A stretch of DNA of 64,000 bases from contig JBNJNM010000013.1 in the NCBI GenBank assembly GCA_052426225.1, positions 1,178,001 through 1,242,000 of the forward strand. The letters run 5' to 3'. Under the pieces are notes generated by a model, which had not been told where the DNA came from, did no database searches, and saw nothing but the letters and a program-made list of their open reading frames with translations. Of this stretch, positions 49,320 through 62,454 are shown piece by piece (positions within the stretch are counted from its first letter, which is position 1; the number at the start of each line of letters is the position of its first letter). The translations under genes were made by a program, and so were the position numbers. The DNA is from Zancudomyces culisetae HAW-14-8. Lineage: Eukaryota; Fungi; Kickxellomycota.

Positions 49320-50541
49320 CTTTTTTTTTGCTTTTCCAATTTATGTTTTACTCGCCGTTTTTCTGTGGGAAACCTTTATAACTCTAGATATAATGGTATA
49401 AGTCGGTTGTGGTCTATGCTAGTGTGTATATTTACTCACTTGGCTTTGTTTTTGTTTAAGCTCAAAAGTTGAAACGATAAGCAAAGCAGAAAACAAAATA
49501 TATTTAAAAGATTATAAAGCTACAAAGAAAAAGTGGCTGTAAGGCTTTAAATGCATTTTTCCTTTTTCATATTCCATTCATTTTCCGCCATTTTTATTGA
49601 TTATTCTTTTTATCGTGTGGGCGAATAGGGGGGGAAGGAGAGGAGATTTAGATATGCCAGAAAAAAAATTAGGGGCCCTTGCATAAAGCTTTTCTTAGTG
49701 CTGCCATTTTCTATTTCAACTTGATAGCTAAATTTGGCTCAAAAATTGATAATTTCCAAAAAAAAAAAAATTTTCCACGTTTTTGCTTTTCAGCATTTTA
49801 TAGCTAAATATTTCACATGCGCTGAAGCAAACTATGTGAGAAAAGGCAAATCGGGCTTAAGCGAATAGTTTATCTTGAGTTTTCGTTCACTAATATTTCC
49901 ATTCTGCAACATTTCATACCAGTAAACGTATCAAATAACTCTCAAAACTACGATAGGCAAAGAATATGAATACTGTATCTTTTGTTACATGTTTGAAGGC
50001 GGGTTTTTGAATGTGATTTTTGTTAATATTTTGGGCCATCAACCAATGCCAAAATTATGATATGGTTGAAATAAGATTGAGGCTATTTCTTATTGAAATA
50101 CTATACCAACCAAGTATTCGGAAGTAGTATTTCTCAATTGCTTTTATACATGGCACATAATATGACCTCTGGAATGCACTTTGTAAGACAGGGCTAGGAA
50201 GATCAATTAAAAAAAGCAAAAAAATAAAAATAAAACAAAGCAAGGCAAAGCAGCACTGCTAGTCATAATGAAATAGTTTGGCAAATTCTCACTTTGTCTT
50301 GAAATTTTTAAGGTTTAATGTATTTGACAAAGATGTATATAGTACTGTAGAATCGTTAGCAAATGCTTAAACAGGGTTAAAATTAAAAAGTAAAAGTAAA
50401 GATCAAGGTAATGGTAATGGTAATAGTAATAGTAAAAAAGGAAAACTACAAAAAGAAAAGAAGGCAAATCAAATAAAAATAAAAAGATGGGTGACAAAGC
50501 AAAGCATTTGCAGGCAAATAAAAACCAAAAAAAGATATTAC

Positions 50542-52402
50542 CTAATGGGCATTGGACCAAGAGGAGGAAGAGTTGTGAGGAGGAGGAGAGTAATGTGTAG
50601 GAGATGATCTATTCTGGTTCTGATACGAAGAGTTTCTAGCGGAAGAGGTAGAGGGCAAGGCAGCCGAGGTATGTCTATCGGAGGAACGACGTTCGGAATA
50701 AGATGTTTGGTTTTGATTGGAGGAGGAGTTATGGTAGGAAGCCGAAGAATGTGAATCAGCAGCCATTGGGGTTTGCTTATTGGTATACACAAGATTGATA
50801 GAGCGCTCAGAAGCACCTTGGTTAAGTAAAAATTCACGAAGGCCGTTGCGTTTTGGAGAATACAGAGGTGTATCACGCTGATCTTGGGTCAGGAAACCCT
50901 CGATGCGGCGACAAATCTGTAAAACAGCTTTTCGCAGCGACGCAGGTGTACCAATGATTTCCACAACGCGTTCACGCGAATCATGGAAGAATTTGTGGTA
51001 CACATTGATGTATCTGGAACGCGATTTGGCGCGGATAGCTGCCAGCGTTTCGCTCCGTTGGCCAATAATTGCACCGCATGTGCGATGAGGAATAAGCAGC
51101 CGGATTGCAACCAGTGGTTCCGAGTCGTCATAGTCCGATGGTCGCTGCTGGTCTGCTGCTGCTCCTGAAAAGTTTGTATATGCATTTTGTGTCAAGAAGT
51201 GTTTCCCCAATTCGCCAAATGCCTATTTATTAGTCACGCACTCGTTTATATACACTTTATTGTAGCGCAATGCCCATGTAAATAATAGAATATATCAAGC
51301 TAGCTAATTACCTCTGACACATCCTCACTACTGCCTTTTACCACAAAGAGCCTATCTTGCCGATCGCCCGTATTACTTGATATTTGTAGATCAACGTCTG
51401 GTGCTGCCCGCCGAAGCTTTACAAGGTGTGAACCCTTTGTTCCTATAATAATCCCTCCGTCCTGGTATGGAAACACACATCGTATTGTTATTGTCTTTCC
51501 CTCTTCCTCCTTTGCTTGCCCACCATACTTTCCTCGTTTTGCTCCCTCACCTGTTCCTTGTCCACTACTTCTTCTGTCCCGAGTTGGACTTGCGCTTGAA
51601 TTTTTTCTCTTTTTCCTATTTTTATTTACACTTCCACGTTCACTACTGTCCCCTTTTTTTCTTGTATATATGTCATTTTTAACATTTTTAAACCTCCGCC
51701 TTACCTTTGCCCAGAACTTTCCCGATTCCCTCTCCTATTTCTTTGTGTCTCCCCCTCATTGTTCTCCTCTCTCTCCCTATTGTTTCTATCCCGACCCCTA
51801 CCTCTACTCCTATTTCTGTCTACACTTCTACTTCTACCTCTGTCTCTGCTTCTACTTCTGCTCCCATTTCTGCTTCTACTCCTATCCTTACCCCTCGTTA
51901 TACTCCTACTTCCGTTTCCCTCATTACTGTCTGCTCTGCTCACATTGTCGTACCTCTCTTGCTCTGGATCCCCACTTGTGTCGAGTACCCACTCCTCCCG
52001 TTTTTCATCCTCTCCCCAACCACCACTGCCCTCCGCCATGTAGTTATCATCTCTCTCCTCATTTAACTCATCCATCTCTTCTCCTCCCCTCTCCTCCACA
52101 TCCATCATTTCTGTCCCTTGCCCCCAATCTCCTTCTATGCTGTTCGAATTTGGTGTTTGTGGCCTTTCTCTCATTCTTCCTTCTCGCTCTATTTCCTCCT
52201 CCTCCTCATTTTCCATACCCTTTCCTCGTAATATTTGATGAATGTCATCCAGCTCTGCCTTTGTTTCAAATTTCTCGTCTCTTTTGGCCTCGCTAGATGC
52301 TCCTGTACCTGCTGAGGTTCCTCGTTTGTTCTTATAATCCGAAAGCGAAAATCGTTGTTTCTTTGAACCTCCTCCGTCTAAACCTGCTCCTTCCTCAGCC
52401 AT
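50542..52402 (-). CDS. KH-domain RNA-binding protein with acidic and RS-rich N-terminus, 3 exons
   Basis: KH1 TIRCVFPYQDGGIIIGTKGSHLVKLR...DRLFVVKGS; KH2 IRLLIPHRTCGAIIGQRSETL...ERVVEIIGT; RS repeats in exon 1. Confidence 0.8.
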
Positions 52403-53935
52403 TTTTCCTACTTTTTCTTAATTTTTCTCTTGTTCGCAGTAAAATCCCAATCAACCTGTTGGATTTGCAAATTTGTTTTTTTTATAAAAAAAAAAATATC
52501 TAGACCCTATATATCTCTCGCTATTCTCTTTAGCTAAGCCAATATTTACTTTTGGATATATAATATGCCGCTCACTGCTAATAAAAAAAATTCACAAATT
52601 TCCTTTATTAATCCGAATACTATACAGCTGATCGCTATTACCCTTGATACTATCTCTTTCTCGTTTATTTATCAGTTAGAGTTTCGATTGCACAAGTGTC
52701 ATCGCTTTGCATTTATTGCACCTTTCCCTACCGTTTTTGTTCGTTATATTGATCCCACTAATTATCTTAATTCGTTTGTGCCTCGTATTTCGATAAATAC
52801 ACCAACACGCTTACCCCTGTTTAATCGTTTTTGTTGCTTTTTATCCTTTTTTAACCTAAATACTTGTTTTTTATTATTTGTGGTAACTCGTTTTCTTTTT
52901 AGTTGGATTTTTGTTTTTATTTGAAGAATTCCAGCAAATTTCCGCTCTATTTTTGGGATTAGATTAGCAAACTTTTATTTTATTTCCGTAATTTTTCTTT
53001 CCTTTTTCACTTACTCTTTCACTTTCTCTTTCACTCTGTATTTCTCTTTCCCTTTTCTCTTGTTTGTTTGTTTTTTTGTTCTTATTCTGAATGGGTAAAT
53101 TATTAGATTCTGGTTTGCTACCCGATTTTTTTAAATCCAAGTTCCGCGGATTTATTTGAGTATTGACCTTTCATATTGTTTTAAAAGTAAATGCTTAAAG
53201 CTATTCAACTGTGATTATACACCCTATGCCTTTTGACCTACGGAAAGCAGATTTCAAATAAACTCAGCCCGTGTTACTAAGCACATTTATTCGAATACCA
53301 CTGTTCTTATATCCATACCTTTTTTCATTTTCCATATTTACCATTACATACCATTCACAATGATATAAACACCAACCCTTTATCGCCCCCTTTTCCCTCA
53401 TTCTCAGTACCATTGTACTGGAATTACTCTTCTTTTTTCTTCACTCTGTTTTATCGCGATTTTCTGTGATTCTTGATTACTTGCTTTTGGTTCCTTGTTT
53501 TCCTAAACTACATTTTTAACTTTGCTTGACTCACAGTCACGCTGGTGCTATGCTATAAATTCGATTTTGCACAACTCCATTACAATAGCTGGCCTATCAT
53601 GTTGAACCAACCCCCCCCCCCCACTTTAGTGCAAAATTTGTAAAAGAAAAACATCTGATCAACAATGCGGATCCAAAAGCCATCAGAATCTTTTCATCAA
53701 ACCACCAATAAAGCTACCTTTATTTATTGTTATTGCTTTTTATTAAATAATAACTAACAAACCCAAACCCAAACCCAACCCCAAATCCTCCTACCATGCC
53801 TACACCATTTGGACCAGCTTTAGAAAATAAACATCACTAATTTTTAACGTGCTTGAACTTTCAGGTCTATGATTCGTTATATACAAATAACCAACTATTT
53901 AAAAAACAACTCAAAAGTTAACTGCCTCAAAATCA

Positions 53936-54361
53936 CTAACCCACGACCTCCCAAGATACATCAATCACCCCATCACTTTCACTACCTATTTTACTAAACG
54001 CATCTTGGCTCAAATCTATTTTCGAAGAATTACATGATGGGCATAAATCAGCAACAACAACTTCCACCTCACCTCCTTGCTTGTTCTTCACTTTGAGCTT
54101 TTTTCCACACCACTCGGCTCTACGGGGGTCTGCGCCACTTTCGCCCATTGTTTCCTTGCCAAGCGCAACAAATTCAGTTCCCATGTCGATATTTTTTTCT
54201 TTTAATATGTCTGTACATGCAACAAATCCACCCTGTGTATCGTAAAACGACGCTTTTCCTGATCCTCCACCATCTTGCCGTTTAAGTATTGCCCCAATAG
54301 TAACACCCATTGACTGAACAATCATTATTATTGTGTACAGCATTACTTTACTCTTGTTCAT
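53936..54361 (-). CDS. Secreted RlpA-like double-psi beta-barrel (expansin-like/barwin-like) protein
   Basis: Signal peptide plus KR (Kex2-like) site; GKASFY, AC, FVAL, WCGKKLKV, VVVADLCPSC, IDLSQDAF, GVIDVSW. Confidence 0.88.
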   Translation of the reverse strand: MNKSKVMLYTIIMIVQSMGVTIGAILKRQDGGGSGKASFYDTQGGFVACTDILKEKNIDMGTEFVALGKETMGESGADPRRAEWCGKKLKVKNKQGGEVEVVVADLCPSCNSSKIDLSQDAFSKIGSESDGVIDVSWEVVG

Positions 54362-55682
54362 TTTTTAGGTATATTAGCTTATTTATTTTACTCTTGTATT
54401 TTGCTAAATGTGATATGATTTATCTTAACCGTTTTTGTTTTCCTATTGCTTGGATAAATTAAAACCCTTATAAATACTGTATTTTGTTGCTATATATGCT
54501 AGGCTTTGCAAATATTGTTTGTGTTTTGAAATATAAATGTGTTGTTCTGCTGAATTTGGATGGGTTTAAATAGATTTTAGCTCACCTATTGTCTAGAATA
54601 CATCGTTTAATACGATATTATCTACAAAAAAACATTAACATTAAGTAAATAAGTAAAGGAAATAGGTAGTAATAATCACATCGTCACCTGCCAATTTAAC
54701 CATATATGGAAATAAAAGAATGTATAAGCTTGATAAAAGGGCATATTCTTCAGATACTGGTGATGACTTGGTGTATTTTTTGATTTTTTCTGATCTGCAC
54801 ACAAACAAACAAGCTCACCACTAGGTTTTTTTAATGCATTGATGGTAAGTGCAACACCAAATTCATTTATACGTAACTATATGTATACATGATATACCTT
54901 ATTTTTTTACGCACTTGAACTGTATTTCAAGCATGTTAGTTATAAGCTTTCTGTGCAATACTATTGGTTTATCTTAATGATGATACTGATAAATACATTT
55001 ACACATAATTATTTTTGAGAACATCCATTGAAGCAAAGTACTTTAAGACTGATGAGGCGTATATACTTACTAGTTTGTAGACAATCAAGTTATATGACTA
55101 ATATGCGCAGAATGATACCCATACCAGTCGTATGCCTTTGTTGTATTTTAATAGATGACTCAAGTTATTCGAACAGTGATGCTTTTAATTACAGCCACGC
55201 CGATCTTTGAACTATTTTTAAATTACATGTACTTTATATTCCGGTAGTTGTAGCTGTTATCACCATCATCACCATCATCATAGCATCCGTTTTCAATTTC
55301 ACAGTTTTCAAATTTACAATTTACCTTATTGTTTTTTGTAACAAGTGAACAGTTTATAAATTTTTCTTATTCAACTTTTTTCATTTCTTTATACTTTAGC
55401 TGTTACCACCAAACTCTAAATTTTTAAAAGATTCAACATTAGCTACTACTACTAAACTCAACGAGAGCGAAAGTAATGCAGAGAGAATAAGGTTTTTAAC
55501 GAATCATCCCCTTTACCTCTTTCTTCAACATTCTCGTAAAAAAGAGTTGTGTTTAATTAAAATACTGGTAGTTTATTTACTGGTGTTTCGAAAAACTTTT
55601 TTAAAAACAATACTATTCACAAACGAAATAAACGAAATACAAACTCTTGGATCAAAACCAAAAAGAAAGCCTCTTCATTTAC

Positions 55683-56594
55683 TCAATATTTATCACAAAG
55701 GGACTTGATTTTATTGGCGGCACTCTTGAGCTTTTCTTGTTCTGCATCACTTAAGTTCAGTGGGAGTGTCGAAGAGCCAGTTGAGCCTACAATTGCAGGA
55801 ACTGACAAGTAGCACTGATATTCATCAACATAAGTACAAACAGGATATACCTTGCATTCATCACCCAAGATACTCTTTGCAATATGAGCAACGTGCATAC
55901 CCACACCATAGTATGTAGAGCCTTTGGCTTCTATGATTTCATAAGCTTTACGGCTAACACCCTTTTCAAGCTCATCTAGGTTTACATTCTTAAGTTTTGG
56001 ATGTTCCAACAATGGTGTTCCACCAACAGATGCCATCGACCAGGCGGCAAACTGCGCATCCCCATGTTCTCCCATCATACCTGAATGGATAGAACTTGGT
56101 GCAATACCCATGACGTTTGACAATTCATTTCTCAATCTTCCAGAATCCAAAAATGTTCCAGATCCAATAACCTGGTTTCTAGGCAAACCTGATACCTTTT
56201 GTGCTATATCGGTCAGAATATCTACAGGGTTGGTTACCATCAAAATGACTGATGATTTTTTTATTGAACCCATTTTCTCGACAATAGATTTGATGATTGA
56301 ATAGTTTCTGCCTATTAGCTCGGAGCGTGGCTCATTTGGTCTTTGTCTGGCACCAGCTGTGATTATTATTACATCACATTGACCTGCTTCTTCAAAAGTA
56401 CCCATTCTGCATGTTCCTGAGGATAAAAATGCCGCATCTCCAATATCGAGTGCCTGTCCCATAGCGAGCTTGTCATCGATATCTACGACCAGAACCGTGA
56501 CAGGGAACTTCATTGCAATAAGCGAGAATGCTATAGCTGAACCAACATTTCCTCCACCACCTATGACTGCTACTTTTGGTACTGCAAGAGGCAT
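55683..56594 (-). CDS. ldh: L-lactate dehydrogenase, intronless
   Basis: KVAVIGGGGNVG Rossmann motif, TAGARQRPNEPR (Gln specificity residue typical of LDH rather than the Arg of MDH), TNPVD, GSGTFLDSGR, GEHGD, KGSTYYG. Confidence 0.92.
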   Translation of the reverse strand: MPLAVPKVAVIGGGGNVGSAIAFSLIAMKFPVTVLVVDIDDKLAMGQALDIGDAAFLSSGTCRMGTFEEAGQCDVIIITAGARQRPNEPRSELIGRNYSIIKSIVEKMGSIKKSSVILMVTNPVDILTDIAQKVSGLPRNQVIGSGTFLDSGRLRNELSNVMGIAPSSIHSGMMGEHGDAQFAAWSMASVGGTPLLEHPKLKNVNLDELEKGVSRKAYEIIEAKGSTYYGVGMHVAHIAKSILGDECKVYPVCTYVDEYQCYLSVPAIVGSTGSSTLPLNLSDAEQEKLKSAANKIKSLCDKY

Positions 56595-58101
56595 TTTTGT
56601 TTAATATTAAAAAAAGTGTTGATAACCTATGTATATATACCTATTTCAAGATAGATCAAACTGATTGTAACAAGTAGATGTTATATACTTCACTGTAGAC
56701 AACAACTATAACGTTATTCGATGAGCCTTGACTTTTCTGAAGAAAAATGATAATGGTGAAAAGGCTCACGGAAACACTCGGTTTTTTATACTTGTTTGCT
56801 TTCTAATATGCTCTGAATCATATTTCTAGGCACAACACGTGGAGACAAGCCTTAAATTGTATACTATATCGGAGATGTCCATAACAATGATATTGGTACA
56901 CACATCCTCGTCACATCATTTGGCAGTGAAAATTTTTTTGCTTTATTATTTGCCCATTTTTTTTCTTTGCCGCTTTATTTGTGCTGTTAGTCTTTTACAG
57001 GAAGATCAAAATCGATAAGCACCAGTTCCCATAAGCTGATAGGTGGGATATTCCATAAATACCTAATTAAATGCTTAGCATAAAATTCTTCTGTGCCCAC
57101 CCAGTAATAGCCAAGAAAGGAAATAGGCACTATAACGTATGATGTGCAGACTGGTAGAACAGCTTCGGTCACGCATGGTCTTATTTGCCTTTATGTTTTG
57201 AGTGGTGGTTTTCCCAAGGGTATACTTCTCTTTTTTGAAGGAAAAAAAATCCCCAAAACGTGAGTAAACAGGGTTGTTGGTAAAGCTAGTAAAACTTTAG
57301 AATAGTGTGTTTTGATAAAGCTAGATAACGAGGCTTAGTTGAATAAACAACTTTTTCGAGCCCACTCTGTTCAGCTTTGGGGGGAGGAGGATCAGACAAC
57401 TCATCACAACCATTTAGATAATACACATTATACTATGCGATTGGATGTTTATTTCCGCCATTGCCGTTATTCTTCAGGTAAACACAACACATGTGTTATT
57501 TTATTTAGAAATCATGCCACAAACGCTGCTTTTATGCGTTCCATTTTTTGGGGCGGAAGAGGAGAAAGCTAAAAATAAAAAGATAAAATCGATATGCTTT
57601 AGATCCCTTTTTTCTTGTGCAGCAAAGATGCCAAACCTTCTACGGCTATTTTTCGGCCCAATTTAACAACATTCCCCTATCAAATCGAAAGATATTTATG
57701 AACTTTATTTTCCCACATCCCCGTTCTCTCTTTCAATGAGCAGAACAAAATAAGATAAATTGCGTAAAGTTGTAAACTCTTTTTTAACAAATGTTACATG
57801 TTTGTTTTTGCTCTTTACTTGCATTACCAAAAGTATTACATATCGTGGATAGTATCGATACATTTACGTTTGCTCGCTTGGGCTCCATCAATACTAAAAG
57901 TGCTCGAACAGATAAAAAAAAACTTTCAGTTTCCATACTGAAACTCCTTGCTGTTACAAAAACAAACCTTATTTCAAACACCCAAAATATATTTTGAAAG
58001 GCTTAATTATTTCCATATGTTAAATGATCAACAAGATATAGAATACTACAGTGAAGATAAAACCCCTACTAGATTCATCACAACAATTAATTTTTTGTTT
58101 T

Positions 58102-58919
58102 TTACGAGTTTTCTTCCATTTTTGGTTTTGCTTTTGGTCGTGTAATAACGAATTGGACAAGCATTCCAAAGAAAATTGTCACGTAGCAACAAATTAGCAT
58201 TATTTTTTTTGTAGTATCTAACTCATTTTGTGACTTTTCTATGTTGTAGAAAATGTTTATGTTTTTTTTCGAAAGTTGTACAAACCCGACTTTTACCACC
58301 AAATCAATTCCGTAGAAAAGTGCGAATGCCCCAGCTATCGAAGATGAGACTATAAACAACGGCTTTTTGTAGTGTAGTATTAGCTTTGCCGCGAGTGTAG
58401 GTAAAAGTGTGGCTAGTGCAAGTTCAACCCAGCTTTTTACACTGGATGGTTTGATCCATTCAAAGATCAAGAAAACCAATAACAAAGTACCCATAGAGCC
58501 TAGTACACATGTGCCTGCTGTCCTGAAAAACTGACATAGCACTCCACTAAGAATTCCAAGTACAACCGCTACTGATAAGTATATGTATAGCAAACTTGGA
58601 GCCTCTCCACAGGGCTGTTTTATTGTAAACATTAGCTCCATTACCAGTGAACCTAAATTTATGCGCTCATTATAATAATAATAATAATAATAAAATTATG
58701 GGCGTTTAGCCTATTACCAAGAAGCAATAACAGCAAGTTTTTGACTATTAACTCTTTACGCTTTACGAAAAATGGCCTATTTACCAATGATTGCAAATCC
58801 ACCCGAAAATAATGCGACCCTCTGAAGCTTATACCCAAGAAGACTAATAAGAATTCCTGAAACTATTAACACACAAGAGTATCCTATGGTAACTATGACA
58901 GTGGGACATTGTGCCTTTG
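58102..58919 (-). CDS. Multi-pass membrane protein, DUF4203/TMEM198-like; first exon not located
   Basis: ILISLLGYKLQRVALFSGGF, several TM helices, IVSSSIAGAFALFYGIDL and terminal GMLVQF. One in-frame intron at about 58652-58785. Confidence 0.65.
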
Positions 58920-60846
58920 CTATTTAAATGCTCAAAAATTAGTATTGTGTTGCGTTTCCATGTCATTGCAACTATTTTAGCACCAGACTACACATGCAGT
59001 TATTATTTTACGCATCAAATATCTTTTGTCTCAATTCTTTTTAAGAAATCTTGCCTCACTAAGATAGAATTAAAGCATTTCTCTATGGTCACTTTGATAT
59101 AATACTTATGTATACAAATATCAAAACTACCTCAATATTTAAACAAATTCTTGATTAATAAAAATAAAGATAACATGTAAATGCGAGGGGTTTTTGACAT
59201 ACTTTTAAGTGATTGGTCTATATTTGATGCTTGAGGCAGGACAACATGTATACAAAGCAGAGCAAGTATAAGCATGTACAATACATTTCTTCTATGTGCT
59301 ATTCTTAACATTTTTCTTTATATTTTTGTTGGATGCTACTCTCCTCGATGTGCTTCAATAAGAGTTGTATTTTCGTTAGATTTAAATTTAATATATTTGT
59401 GCTCTTTTTTTCTATTATTTTTATATAAATGTCCAAGAGAGGGTATAATAAAAAAAATTTTGTATAGTATATTTTTGTATAAAAGACTATTTAATATAAT
59501 GCGCCCGAAGCAAAGGGGGAGGTACTAAACACCACATTATATAATAAAAACGTGCCATATTAATACTACTAGTTACTCGGAAATACTATGTTAAATATTA
59601 TTGAACTTTTAAAGGTGAAAAAAATGATGATTGTGGTAGTGATGAGTTGGATAAAAAAGCGGATAGTGTCTTACTAAAGTACAACTTTCAATAAACAGGT
59701 GCGTCTCTAAGCAGTGAAATCATCTACATAAGAATCTAACTATACAACTACAAACTGTTGTTTCTATGACATTGGCTCATCACCACCTAGACTAGAAGAG
59801 TGTGTCTACCTTGAATTTATATCAGCAACAAAAACAAAAAAAGTGCATATGGTATTATGAAGCACGCTTGCCGATATGTATACACTGATGATGTACTTAT
59901 TCGTTTTTATTGATATTATGCAATTATATGATTAGTTGGAGTTGTAAATAGTTAGTTTAGATACATTGACTATAATACCAAAGTAACCAGCCTGGTGTTA
60001 TTTTGGATAGATAGTAAATACTCATGAGCAATGGTGTGTAACGCGAGAATATTTTTATCTAATAAGAACAGCGCAATTTTATGTTTTTATTAACAATATC
60101 CATACGGTTAATAGAACAACTGAACAAAAATACTCCAAAAAAATCATATTCGTCAGTTAATATGTAGCATTAGTTGTAGCGACAAGCCATAGCATATTAA
60201 CGACAAATATGGTCGTAGATATAAAATAATACCGGTGCAAGTGCCATTAACTAGTTTCTTCTAAAAGCATTGAATAACCTTTACCACCGTATTCAAAGTA
60301 TAGTTAACGTTGTTTTTTCTCATACACTATTTTATTTTTAATGCAGGCTCTATTTTGTTTGAAAGACCAGTCAGGTAAACAAAACACCCAAATAAGCCTA
60401 TTGCAGCATAATATAACTGCTTAAAAACCCAACACAATCACTATAAGACGTTATAACCATTTAATGATATTTCCATGAGGAAGAAGCAAAGTAACATACA
60501 TTTCATATCAGCTTATGGTTAAGATCATACTCCAAGCAAACAAATTCAACACTGGTCGTGTCGAACCCAATTAGAAATTGTCGATTGAGTTCCTTACTAT
60601 ACCACTTGAGTTCATTGGTCTGTCAAGGAATATCATTCAAATGGTTGTTGAAAATCCTCCCCAACCACAGTTATTTATTTTTAATTTGAACTGGCACAAA
60701 AGTAAAGAAAAAAACCTAAATAAAAAAAAACGATGCACTAGATCGATCCCCCTTGCAGCACTCAAACTGCAACCCTTCGGCCAGCTTATCTTAAACACAA
60801 TCCCCCATCTCCTCCAGCTCATAAAATATCAACTCATACCTCATCT

Positions 60847-62454
60847 TTAGCTCTTGACTGGACGTCTACGAACTATGATATTACAATCTTGGTCTGGTGT
60901 CAAGGGACTGCGTGTCACATACACTTTGTCCTTAAAAAAGTGTGGCTGTCCTGTTGCTGGATTGATATTACTGGGCCTGTACTTACAATCACTCGGAATA
61001 TCAAATTCATACTCGCGGATGAGATTGCCCAAAACGGTATATATTTCTGACCATGCTAGGTTTCTTCCAACACATATCCTGACCCCACTAGAGAAGGTGA
61101 TTATTTCCTTTTTCATCTCCTCTCCATTCAAACCCAAGAATCTATCAGGATTGAAAATGTATGGATCTTTCCAAACTGCTTCGTTATAATGGATTCCCTC
61201 AAGATATATGTTTATGATATGTTTTGGAGGAATATAATAATCTGAAAGTTGGAAACCATCATCTGAGCTGTCTCTTGGGAATGTACCTCCAACAACTGTC
61301 TTGAATCTCATTGTTTCCAACACAACTGCAGTAAAGTATGTCAGCTTTTTTCTTCCTTCATTTACTCTTATCAGCTTTGTTCTATCAGGAAACTCTCTAT
61401 CTATTTCTTCGACTATCTTTTTGTAAATATCAGGAAATAGTGTACAAACATGTAGCACATACGTCATTGTAATGCTTGTGGTATCGATTCCTGCACTAAG
61501 CATGGCAATTAGCTCAGAATGTAGTTCTGGTTTAGTAATTGGTTTTCCTGTGATACTATCCTTGTTTTCAATGAACATTTGTAAAATATCTTGCTTGACA
61601 TTTTCTGCTCCTACTTTACTTATTTCAGCATAACGGGTGTTAATGGCATCCTCTCGAAACTTTTCGAATTTCAAAAGTCCCTTGTTCCGAAAAAGAAATA
61701 GATACTTTCTGAGATATGATATGAAAGGAAACTTCGAATTGACAGCAGCTACGTTTACAGCGTCATTAACCCATTTTGTTAGAGGATGACCACCCGCATT
61801 GACAGCTCCTATTGGTTTTCCAAAGATTATATGACCGATAACATCAGTCGTGATTCCCTGAAAGTAAGCGTAATAGTTAATTCTTGCAGAATCTCCTTCA
61901 CCTATCAACGATTCCAGCTTTCTTTTCAGTGATATAAATCCATCTTCTAAGATCTGGTCTTCCATATTTGCTAGTCCAGTAAATGTAAACACTGGTCCCA
62001 CCTGTCTTCTACGCATTCTATTGAATGCTTCGTTTGTTGTGGTAAAAAGGTTTGGCGGTAGTAGCCCAAACTTTTCATACTCCATCGATTTGGGATGTTT
62101 GTATGTGGCTAAAATCTGCTTGGCATCAGACATAGTTGTGATGGAAACAAATTTTGGCCCCAACCTGACTGTTGGTCCATATTTCTTGTGATATTCTGCC
62201 AACGCAAAGTAGATTTTTCCTTGTGCAACCTTTAAGTTAAATGGAAGATTTGTGAATCTAGCCCACCATGGACCTGGAATGTGTTTTAGTGGATCAAAAA
62301 GAAACGCAACAAGTACTTTCAAAGCGATGTATGTGGCCAACACACTAGCTATTATACGCCTGTCGGAAAAATACTCTACCAACTTTTGATAGTCGATACT
62401 TTTGAGTAGCTGGAGTATTTGACTCCCTTCAACCATTTTACTCAAACTCGGCAT
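60847..62454 (-). CDS. Cytochrome P450 monooxygenase, intronless
   Basis: N-terminal TM anchor and PLKHIPGP hinge, I-helix AGIDTTS, K-helix ETMR, FNPDRF, heme motif FSSGVRICVG. Confidence 0.96.
   Translation of the reverse strand: MPSLSKMVEGSQILQLLKSIDYQKLVEYFSDRRIIASVLATYIALKVLVAFLFDPLKHIPGPWWARFTNLPFNLKVAQGKIYFALAEYHKKYGPTVRLGPKFVSITTMSDAKQILATYKHPKSMEYEKFGLLPPNLFTTTNEAFNRMRRRQVGPVFTFTGLANMEDQILEDGFISLKRKLESLIGEGDSARINYYAYFQGITTDVIGHIIFGKPIGAVNAGGHPLTKWVNDAVNVAAVNSKFPFISYLRKYLFLFRNKGLLKFEKFREDAINTRYAEISKVGAENVKQDILQMFIENKDSITGKPITKPELHSELIAMLSAGIDTTSITMTYVLHVCTLFPDIYKKIVEEIDREFPDRTKLIRVNEGRKKLTYFTAVVLETMRFKTVVGGTFPRDSSDDGFQLSDYYIPPKHIINIYLEGIHYNEAVWKDPYIFNPDRFLGLNGEEMKKEIITFSSGVRICVGRNLAWSEIYTVLGNLIREYEFDIPSDCKYRPSNINPATGQPHFFKDKVYVTRSPLTPDQDCNIIVRRRPVKS

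Noticed and set aside
51670-52296. Several + strand ORFs of 94-208 aa
   Set aside because: Antisense shadows of the E/R/S-rich first exon of the KH protein.
53759-53785. (AAACCC)3 telomere-like repeat
   Set aside because: Only three copies, not TTAGGG, lying in a 3' intergenic region among other simple repeats.
53936-62454. Expansin-like, LDH, membrane protein and P450 as a co-oriented gene cluster
   Set aside because: No backbone enzyme (NRPS, PKS, terpene synthase), transporter or pathway logic; co-orientation alone is insufficient.
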